A DNA stretch of 10,994 nucleotides from a virus (Duplodnaviria; Heunggongvirae; Uroviricota; Caudoviricetes): IMG/VR virus record IMGVR_UViG_3300021963_008171, positions 1-10,994 of that record. One strand, written 5' to 3'. Within the stretch, counting starts at the first letter, position 1; each line of letters begins with the position of its first letter. Positions 1 through 6,806 of the stretch are shown piece after piece. The notes under the pieces were generated by a model that searched no databases, had not been told where the DNA came from, and saw only the letters and a program-made list of their open reading frames with translations. The position numbers and the translations under genes are program-made.

Positions 1-309
1 TGGGACAAGACCGATGCTAATAAACAAGAGCTAAAGAAATACCAAAGAGTTGAAATAGAGGCTGGAATAATCTTTAATAATACTCAAAAGGCAGAACCTG
101 TTAAAGGAGCAGAAACTAATCCAGAACCAGTTAAGGTAGATCCTAAAAAACCAATAGAGATTAAAGAAAAAGCTTTCTTTGTGACTATCACAGGAAACGA
201 AAAATGGAAACCTCAATTTAAGTTTTCCGGATTTAATTTAGACCTTGGAAGAATATTTAAATTTGAAAGCAAGAGAAACTGGGGATCAACTAAATGTTAC
301 AAATTTTAA
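1..309 (+). CDS. 3' end of a hypothetical protein (5'-truncated by the window edge)
   Basis: Frame 1 is open from base 1 to TAA at 307-309 (WDKTDANKQELKKYQRVEIE...KRNWGSTKCYKF*). It includes a Pro/Lys/Glu linker (KAEPVKG...PEPVKVDPKKP). Not in the ORF track because the start lies outside the window. Confidence 0.8.
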   Translation, partial: WDKTDANKQELKKYQRVEIEAGIIFNNTQKAEPVKGAETNPEPVKVDPKKPIEIKEKAFFVTITGNEKWKPQFKFSGFNLDLGRIFKFESKRNWGSTKCYKF

Positions 310-310
310 A

Positions 311-934
311 TCATTCTTCAAAAACAAGGGTAACATAAATATCTTTCCCTGTTGAAATTGAACTAACCGAAAAATAATGCCAGAGTGGATTGATTAAATT
401 CCTATAATGAGGAGGAGAATCAATCCACTTTTTTATGATCATTCTTACAAGAGCAGTATACGTTGCCCTGTCAGATTCCCACATAAAATTAAAATCTGGA
501 TATTTGGATTTTAAATACTCGTAATTTTCTTTGTAAAGATTAATGGGTACCGGAGTTGTTTCGAGAAGTAAATTCTCACCAAAGTGTCCTCCACCTATAA
601 CTAATCTTATTCTTTGCGTGAAATTGAGGGAATCCCTTTCGTGAGAGAATTTACCGGTCTTTACCATGTATCTTGTTTGATCCCTAGCTACACTGTCGCA
701 TCTCTCAGAATCCTTTAATTTATTAAGCCCGTTTGATTTCCTGAATCTGTTCAGATCCATTCTAATAATCTCGTCCAGTTTTTCACAATCAATCACCCAT
801 CCCAATTTATCATCATAAATTATTCTATCTGCCATTAGGCTAGCCGCCCTGTCAAGATCTGCGCCAATAATTAATACCTGGGAGTTTGATCTAATGGATA
901 TTAAACAAAAGAGAATTAATATAAGTCTTTGCAT
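311..934 (-). CDS. CAP (SCP/YkwD-like) domain protein with N-terminal signal peptide
   Basis: CAP motifs: N-x-FR-x3-GL, M-x5-FSH, GEN, W-x2-SP-x-H-x2-N-L, terminal YVTLVF. The His/Glu/His triad is present. The likely start is ATG 934 (MQRLILILFCLISIRSNS-Q, a signal-peptide-like stretch) rather than 979. Confidence 0.85.
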   Translation of the reverse strand: MQRLILILFCLISIRSNSQVLIIGADLDRAASLMADRIIYDDKLGWVIDCEKLDEIIRMDLNRFRKSNGLNKLKDSERCDSVARDQTRYMVKTGKFSHERDSLNFTQRIRLVIGGGHFGENLLLETTPVPINLYKENYEYLKSKYPDFNFMWESDRATYTALVRMIIKKWIDSPPHYRNLINPLWHYFSVSSISTGKDIYVTLVFEE

Positions 935-939
935 AGATA

Positions 940-967
940 CAAATATAGAAAGATCTGCCGAAACAAA
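940..967 (-). promoter_or_regulatory. Possible Bacteroidota sigma70-type promoter for the CAP gene
   Basis: The minus strand has TATATTTG (947-940), matching the -7 consensus TAnnTTTG, 5 nt before ATG 934. TTTG at 967-964 lies 16 nt upstream, somewhat shorter than the usual spacing. Confidence 0.35.
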
Positions 968-1009
968 AAAATGTAACATTTGTACAATATTTGAGTACTT
1001 TTAATATAG

Positions 1010-1783
1010 ATGCCTAAAAATAAAAAAATATTTGTTTGTGGGGATAGCTGGATGAGTTCCAGCCCAGAAACCCCAGGTCTACATTTTTCTGAAATAGTTT
1101 CAGAATCATTGGGATGTGACCTTTACAATATCGCTAGGGGTGGAATGAGTAACGGAGGTATTTGTTCTCAGATAGAATTTGCTATGAAATTCCATCCAGA
1201 TCTGATAATTTACAATTCAACATTTCCTGATAGAATAGAATTTCCAACAAAAGATAATTCAGGGGTTCATTTGGACGCATCACACGTGGCATACCAGTAT
1301 AAAAATTCAACAAGCTCTGGATTAGAATTCATAAATAAAGATGTGAGAATGATATCAGATACCCTTTCGGGGCTAGGTTCGTGGTTTACCCCGGATTTTA
1401 TAGAGGGCCTTTACGGTGAATTTTGTCCAGACGTTGTAGAAAAACAAAAAGCAATCAAGAGCTATATAGAACATTTGTACTGTCATCAATGGAAGTCACA
1501 GACTGATAGGCTGATGTTATATTCGATGACCCATAAGATGATAGCATCCCGGATCAATTTTATTTTTATGTGCGATTCACTGGGTGCTATAGATGAAATG
1601 AAATGGCTGGAAAATAGGAATATTGGATATTCGTACGATCTTCTTTTAAGAACAAGGGATCTTCATATAGAAAGGGAATTTGGGCATGGAAATTTCAAAG
1701 ATCCAGGGTATCACACAACCGCGGAAACCCAGAAAGAAATTGCAGAATATACCCTTGAAAAAATTAGGATTTTGGGGATTTAA
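1010..1783 (+). CDS. SGNH/GDSL-like hydrolase or acyltransferase-fold protein (divergent)
   Basis: N-terminal IFVCGDSW (block I nucleophile Ser), ARGGMSN (block II Gly) and C-terminal DPGYH (variant of D-x-x-H). Confidence 0.6.
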   Translation: MPKNKKIFVCGDSWMSSSPETPGLHFSEIVSESLGCDLYNIARGGMSNGGICSQIEFAMKFHPDLIIYNSTFPDRIEFPTKDNSGVHLDASHVAYQYKNSTSSGLEFINKDVRMISDTLSGLGSWFTPDFIEGLYGEFCPDVVEKQKAIKSYIEHLYCHQWKSQTDRLMLYSMTHKMIASRINFIFMCDSLGAIDEMKWLENRNIGYSYDLLLRTRDLHIEREFGHGNFKDPGYHTTAETQKEIAEYTLEKIRILGI

Positions 1784-1807
1784 TTTGAAATTTACTCTAT
1801 AACATAT

Positions 1808-2779
1808 ATGAAGATTCTAATTACAGGAGGGGCTGGGTATTTAGGCTCCGTTATTACCGGAAAAATGTTAAATGCTGGACATGAGGTTGTTGTTTTGGAT
1901 AAATTAATATTCAATCAAACATCTTTATTGGTTTACACTCCAAACCCTAATTTTAAATTCATTCATGGTGATGTTAGAAACGAATCATTATTAGAAAAAC
2001 TTTGCAATGAGGCCGATGCAATTATCCCTTTAGCTGCGGTCGTTGGATTTCCTGCATGTGATGCTGAACCTGAATTGGCTGAGGAAATTAACTATAAACA
2101 AATATTTAATATTTTTAGATTTACCACGGGGAAAGGTAAAAAAATATTATATCCCAATACTAATAGCGGATATGGTATTGGTGTTGGCCAAACAGAATGT
2201 ACAGAAGAATCTCCATTAAATCCCATATCGATTTACGGTAAAACAAAATGTAATGCTGAAGATTTATTAAAATCAGGCACTGATGCTATCATCTTTAGAT
2301 TAGCAACTGTATTCGGTGTATCGCCAAGAATGAGAACAGATTTATTAGTTAATGATTTCACATACAAAGCAATTACAGACAAATACATTGTGGTTTTTGA
2401 GAAAAACTTTAAAAGAAATTTCATTCACATTCAAGATGTTGCAAATGTTTTCTTGTTTATGTTAGAAAATTATGATCAATATAAAGGTGAGATCTTTAAT
2501 GTTGGTTTGACCACAGCAAATTTAAGTAAGCAAGAATTACTTGAAAAAATACAGGATCACGTTAAGAATTTTGCTGTGTCATATAACGATTATTATGAGG
2601 ATCCTGACAAAAGAGATTATATTGTATCAAATGCAAAAATTGAATCAACAGGCTGGTCTCCGGAGTGGGATATAGATAGAGGAATAAAGGAATTAATAAT
2701 GGGTTATCAAATGATAGTACCTAAGATGGGAGCAGAGTTTAGAAACGGATTCCCTTTAGGATATGCAAATAATATGTAA
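1808..2779 (+). CDS. NAD(P)-dependent epimerase/dehydratase/reductase (extended SDR, nucleotide-sugar type)
   Basis: ILITGGAGYLG Rossmann motif, GDVR, LAAVVG, catalytic YGKTK (YxxxK), RLATVFG, RNFIHIQD, FNVG; 323 aa. Confidence 0.93.
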   Translation: MKILITGGAGYLGSVITGKMLNAGHEVVVLDKLIFNQTSLLVYTPNPNFKFIHGDVRNESLLEKLCNEADAIIPLAAVVGFPACDAEPELAEEINYKQIFNIFRFTTGKGKKILYPNTNSGYGIGVGQTECTEESPLNPISIYGKTKCNAEDLLKSGTDAIIFRLATVFGVSPRMRTDLLVNDFTYKAITDKYIVVFEKNFKRNFIHIQDVANVFLFMLENYDQYKGEIFNVGLTTANLSKQELLEKIQDHVKNFAVSYNDYYEDPDKRDYIVSNAKIESTGWSPEWDIDRGIKELIMGYQMIVPKMGAEFRNGFPLGYANNM

Positions 2780-2781
2780 TC

Positions 2782-3327
2782 ATGAGTAACAAATGGGATG
2801 AATTTATAGAAGTACCTTCTAAAGTATTCGGTTACGATGTACCAGTATTTACACCTTCTATCTATAGGGAATATAGAGGAGAGATATTCACGACTTTCCA
2901 TACAGAAGAACATCCGGTAATGCGACATATACATTACGAAAAAAACGAAATAAGTATACACGGAAGATTCTCTAAATCATACAAGGGAGTTCTAAGAGGG
3001 CTTCACTACGACAACAAAACATGGAAACTTGTTCAAGCAGCAGTCGGTGACATCTATCTTGTTGTTTTGGATATGAGAAAAAATTCACCAACCTTTGGTG
3101 ATTGGGAATCCTATATCATTTCAGAAAAAAACAGACAGCAAGTGTTAGTCCCACCGGGATTTGCGAATGGCCATTATGCTTTAACTGATTGTATGTTCCA
3201 TTACAATCTATTCTATAAAGATGGATATGTTGATGCTGATGAGCAGGGGGTAGTCAAATGGAACGACCCTGAATATCAAATGGAATGGCCAACTGATAAA
3301 CCAATATTACAAAAAAGAGATCGATGA
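2782..3327 (+). CDS. rmlC: dTDP-4-dehydrorhamnose 3,5-epimerase-like (RmlC/RfbC cupin family), variant
   Basis: RG-x-F, GVLRGLH (His75), KLV (Lys82), DMRKNSPTFG-x-W, VPPGFANG, Tyr141, WNDP, WP and closing KRD motifs. Confidence 0.88.
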   Translation: MSNKWDEFIEVPSKVFGYDVPVFTPSIYREYRGEIFTTFHTEEHPVMRHIHYEKNEISIHGRFSKSYKGVLRGLHYDNKTWKLVQAAVGDIYLVVLDMRKNSPTFGDWESYIISEKNRQQVLVPPGFANGHYALTDCMFHYNLFYKDGYVDADEQGVVKWNDPEYQMEWPTDKPILQKRDR

Positions 3328-3956
3328 TAAAAAATTTAGAAAAATATCCAATTGTCAACGATGGGATTTACACCAAAGAAGAACTATCGAAATTTGAAAG
3401 ATTGATCGCAGATCACTGGGAAGCAGGAAGAATCAAAGGACCTGTTCATCTCAGTGGCGGAAACGAAGATCAATTAATAGAGATAGGGAAAAGAATTAAA
3501 CCAACAGATTGGGTTTTTTCCACGTGGAGATCCCACTATCATGCTTTAATTAAAGGCGTATGTCCAGTTTGGTTAGAAGAAGAAATTGTTGCTGGTAGAT
3601 CAATCACAATAGTAAGCCAAGAAGAAAGATTTTATGCTTCAGCCATAGTTGGAGCAATAATTCCCATAGCAACCGGTGTTGCTCTTTCTAATAAAAGGGA
3701 AAGAAGAAACGATAAGGTTTGGTGTTTTATTGGTGACATGGCTTTTGAAACTGGGGGATTCTATGAGATGCACAAGTATGCTAAAAATCTAGATCTTCCA
3801 ATCGTATTTGTTGTAGAAGACAATCACGTTTCAACTAACACGCCTACAATAGAAACTTGGGGAGGAATTAAAAGAGAAATTCCAGATAATGTTATCTGGT
3901 ATGAATACGAAAAAGAATGGCCACATTACGGAACCGGTAAATGGGTGGTTTTTTAA
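3324..3956 (+). CDS. ThDP-dependent E1-alpha-like subunit (pyruvate/acetoin dehydrogenase alpha family), short form
   Basis: HLSGG-x-E, DWVFSTWRSHYHAL, ThDP/Mg motif GDMAFETG...LPIVFVVEDN (3732-3824) and C-terminal WPHYGTG. Overlaps the rmlC stop as ATGA (3324-3327). Confidence 0.88.
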   Translation: MIKNLEKYPIVNDGIYTKEELSKFERLIADHWEAGRIKGPVHLSGGNEDQLIEIGKRIKPTDWVFSTWRSHYHALIKGVCPVWLEEEIVAGRSITIVSQEERFYASAIVGAIIPIATGVALSNKRERRNDKVWCFIGDMAFETGGFYEMHKYAKNLDLPIVFVVEDNHVSTNTPTIETWGGIKREIPDNVIWYEYEKEWPHYGTGKWVVF

Positions 3957-3973
3957 TTTAATAAAATAAGAAT

Positions 3974-4522
3974 ATGAGTCAACCTGAATATACACCTTAC
4001 AAAGATGCTCTAACAAATTCGATGACGTTTCTCGGAGAGCAATCAGATACTGTTTTCATCGGACAACAACTTCTGTGGCACGGAAACCCTATGAGTACCA
4101 CAATCGGTAATGTTTCTAAAGATAAAATGATTGAGGTACCAGTGATGGAGGAATCCCAAATGGGAATGTCTCTAGGAATGGCAATGGCAGGAGATTTTGT
4201 TATTACATTTTATCCACGTTGGGATTTTTTAATCTGTGCAACAAATCAGCTGGTTAATCATGTTGACAAGATCACTTTAATGAGCAATGGAAAATGGAGT
4301 CCAAATATGATAGTTCGATTAGGTAAAGGATCTGATAAACCATTGGATCCGGGACATCAGCACAGAGGAAATTATATTGATGAATTTAAATCGATGTGTC
4401 CCAATATTAATTTCTGGGATTTGAAAAATCATGCGGATATTGAAACTACCTATAAGTCAGCCTACGAAAAAGGAGGTATCCACGTTATAGTAGAATACCC
4501 CGAATTGTATTATATAAATTAA
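3974..4522 (+). CDS. ThDP-dependent E1-beta-like subunit, pyrimidine-binding domain only
   Basis: VFIGQ, VPVMEESQMGMSLGMAMAG (ThDP-activating Glu), DFLICATNQLVN, GHQH, ending at VIVEYPELY. The transketolase C-terminal domain is absent (182 aa). Confidence 0.85.
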   Translation: MSQPEYTPYKDALTNSMTFLGEQSDTVFIGQQLLWHGNPMSTTIGNVSKDKMIEVPVMEESQMGMSLGMAMAGDFVITFYPRWDFLICATNQLVNHVDKITLMSNGKWSPNMIVRLGKGSDKPLDPGHQHRGNYIDEFKSMCPNINFWDLKNHADIETTYKSAYEKGGIHVIVEYPELYYIN

Positions 4523-4524
4523 AA

Positions 4525-4926
4525 TTACCAGCTAATCTCCCAATCACTGAAATCCGCGGCTAAGCAATCTATTTTATAATCCTTTCTTCCACCAACTATT
4601 TCTTGAATCTTGTTCTTTGCAGTATTTCTTATCCCGTTTAATCCATGGGTAAGTTCTAAGTTATTCCCGTCCTTTATTCCCTTTCTGTAATTAGATTCAT
4701 TATGCCAAATATGGAGATTCATTTGGGAAAGAACCACAATAGCTCTGATTGTTTCAGCATTAACTTTTTCACTGGAATCAAGTAGCACTTGAATATCATG
4801 AACTATATCTTTTATCTCTTGTGAATATTCCTCCTTGTGCTGTGGTATAAAAACCTCCTTCAATTGAGAAATGCTTAATCTGTCAACCAATTCTGCTAAT
4901 GTGGGTAAATATTTTCTTTCTGCCAT
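4525..4926 (-). CDS. Helical hypothetical protein resembling the DUF4254/DUF6165 families
   Basis: AELVDRLSI-x2-LK, N-x2-IWH-x-E-x3-R and N-x2-R-x3-K-x2-I patterns. A-rich, SD-less upstream region. The family call is from memory of the motif only. Confidence 0.7.
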   Translation of the reverse strand: MAERKYLPTLAELVDRLSISQLKEVFIPQHKEEYSQEIKDIVHDIQVLLDSSEKVNAETIRAIVVLSQMNLHIWHNESNYRKGIKDGNNLELTHGLNGIRNTAKNKIQEIVGGRKDYKIDCLAADFSDWEISW

Positions 4927-4988
4927 GTCTTTTTTATTATCTTAGTTTATTTGGGACCCTTTGTTTCTAAAAGATCAATTTATGTATC

Positions 4989-4998
4989 TGATATATAG
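4989..4998 (+). promoter_or_regulatory. Candidate phage late-promoter motif TGATATATAG
   Basis: Lies 18 nt upstream of ATG 5017. An identical 10-mer occurs at 7084-7093 in another short intergenic gap. Confidence 0.45.
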
Positions 4999-5016
4999 AA
5001 TTACTATAACTATAAA

Positions 5017-5331
5017 ATGAAGCACCTAAAAGTATATGAAGCTTATCCGAGTGAGGAAAAAATAGTACTTAAATCAAGGCAAGGAAGGGAGATTACATTC
5101 ACTGTTAAGAGCGGAAGAATAGAATCCATTGAGAATGAAGCAGGAATGAGATTTCCTTATTCTGTAGGGCAATCATATAACATGGGAATGAAAACATGGG
5201 CTTGTAACAATGGATTTAAATGGAACGGAGAAGATCCTTGTCCAGAAGAAAAAATATTTGGGATCAATAAAAAAGATATACCCCAGGGGCACGAATTAAG
5301 AATGATGTTCCCGCATAAATTTAGAAATTAA
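5017..5331 (+). CDS. Hypothetical phage protein with MKHLKVYE N-terminal leader (candidate capsid-internal protein)
   Basis: 104-aa ORF. It shares its N-terminal MKHLK with the next gene, whose ATG is 1 nt after this stop. Confidence 0.85.
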   Translation: MKHLKVYEAYPSEEKIVLKSRQGREITFTVKSGRIESIENEAGMRFPYSVGQSYNMGMKTWACNNGFKWNGEDPCPEEKIFGINKKDIPQGHELRMMFPHKFRN

Positions 5332-5332
5332 T

Positions 5333-6256
5333 ATGAAACACCTTAAATTATTTACCCCGTTTATAAACGAGCAAGAAACCAGTAAAAAAATCTCTGCTGG
5401 GGAAGACACAACAGGCACATCAAAAGATGTTGCAGCTTCTTTATCTAGTGTAGGAGATCTTTTTAAAAAATATGGATTCGATTTTGGAATAGGGGGCGAC
5501 GCCGAAGGTGGCGGTGCAACATGGGGCGAAAGGTTACAAGGAAGTGGTGCTAAAGTTCCTTCCGCAGAGGATGTTAAAAAAGGAGTAGAAGCTGTAAATA
5601 AAGCAATGGATAGACACGGAATTACCGATAAAAATATGAGAGCATCTATTCAGGGTGTTATCGGTAAAGAGTCTGGGTGGGCACCACAGAACGAGGCTCC
5701 TTATACCAACACCAATAATGATAGAATTAGAAAAATTTTCGGTAAAAGGGTTTCTTCCTTAAGTGATGCTGAGATTAATGCTCTAAAAGCTGACACCACC
5801 AAATTTTGGGATAGGGTTTATGGTCCAGATGATCCCACCGGTGCTTCCCAAAAAATGGGAAACACACAGCCGGGTGACGGAGCTAAGTATTTGGGAAGAG
5901 GATTTAATGGAATAACATTTAAGTCTGGCTACCAAAGGATGCAGGATCTTTATAACAAATATGGAAAATTAGGGAAAAGCGTTGATTTCGTAAGTAACCC
6001 TGATGCTTTAAACGATCTAGATATTGCTGCTGAAATTGCAATTTTATATTTCGTCGAGAATTTAAAAAATCCTAAAGTTAAATCTATGTATGGATCTAAT
6101 GATCCTAACGAGTTTCCTGATAAAGATGCGGCACTCAAAGCGGTTTTTCACGTTAACGCTGGACTGGGCAACGATTTAAGTAGACCTATATTCCAAGAAA
6201 CTCTAGCAAAATCAACTGCTTTCAGAGATGATATGCTATCTAAAAATATGGTTTAA
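5333..6256 (+). CDS. GH19-family lysozyme/chitinase-like peptidoglycan hydrolase with MKHLK leader
   Basis: KESG-x4-NE (two candidate catalytic Glu), DG-x-KY-x-GRGF-x2-IT, FVSNPDAL and AA-x2-A-x2-YF match the phage GH19 endolysin pattern. About 75 aa of leader and Gly-rich linker precede the domain. Confidence 0.8.
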   Translation: MKHLKLFTPFINEQETSKKISAGEDTTGTSKDVAASLSSVGDLFKKYGFDFGIGGDAEGGGATWGERLQGSGAKVPSAEDVKKGVEAVNKAMDRHGITDKNMRASIQGVIGKESGWAPQNEAPYTNTNNDRIRKIFGKRVSSLSDAEINALKADTTKFWDRVYGPDDPTGASQKMGNTQPGDGAKYLGRGFNGITFKSGYQRMQDLYNKYGKLGKSVDFVSNPDALNDLDIAAEIAILYFVENLKNPKVKSMYGSNDPNEFPDKDAALKAVFHVNAGLGNDLSRPIFQETLAKSTAFRDDMLSKNMV

Positions 6257-6257
6257 T

Positions 6258-6806
6258 ATGAATCAATTTCAAAATGATCAAAATTTATCTGAGCATTTAC
6301 AATTTCATATCAAAAATGGAATCTGTATTGCTGAATCAATATTCAGACCTGGCAGCGATTCTCATATTGATTTACTAAAAGAGGCTAGAGATCTATACCT
6401 TTCTGGAAATATCTATGTTGATAAACCAACATCGCTTCTTTTCGAAGCGACTGACCTTGGTTTAGTTGGCGTATACGAGAACGAAATCGTTCCCCTTGAT
6501 ATGCCATTGGAAATTTTAGACGAGGCAGAATACCAAGGAAAGAATGTGAAACTAGGGTATCCTATGAGAGGAGGATCTAAAAAGTTTTACGTTTATGTTA
6601 AGAACAAAAAAGGAAACGTAATTAAGGTTCAATTCGGAATTCGCGGGATGTCTTCTAAGGTTAGCGATCCTGAACGCAGGAGAAGCTTTGCAGCAAGACA
6701 TAAGTGCAAGGAGAAGAAGGACAAGACTAAAGCAGGATATTGGGCTTGTAGGATTAATAGATATGCCCATATATGGGGAGGTAAAACATATCCTGGATTT
6801 TGGTAG
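6258..6806 (+). CDS. Conserved phage hypothetical protein: acidic N-terminal region plus basic C-terminal domain (EAEYQG...RRRSFAARHKC...AGYWAC)
   Basis: The C-terminal pattern is one I recognise from uncharacterised proteins of T4-like/large phages. The start is set at ATG 6258 (1 nt after the GH19 stop) rather than 6228, which overlaps the upstream gene. Confidence 0.8.
   Translation: MNQFQNDQNLSEHLQFHIKNGICIAESIFRPGSDSHIDLLKEARDLYLSGNIYVDKPTSLLFEATDLGLVGVYENEIVPLDMPLEILDEAEYQGKNVKLGYPMRGGSKKFYVYVKNKKGNVIKVQFGIRGMSSKVSDPERRRSFAARHKCKEKKDKTKAGYWACRINRYAHIWGGKTYPGFW

Noticed and set aside
91-150. EPVK duplicated in the first partial ORF
   Set aside because: Two short copies in a low-complexity Pro/Lys/Glu linker, not a real repeat array.
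3324-4522. Pyruvate dehydrogenase as a central-metabolism auxiliary gene
   Set aside because: No E2/E3 in the window, the beta domain that binds E2 is absent, and the genes are coupled to nucleotide-sugar enzymes. It cannot be fully excluded without the rest of the genome.
4951-4963. TTGGGACCCTTTG in the divergent intergenic region as a hairpin or operator
   Set aside because: A 3-bp stem with a 1-nt loop is not a feasible hairpin, and no second copy was found.
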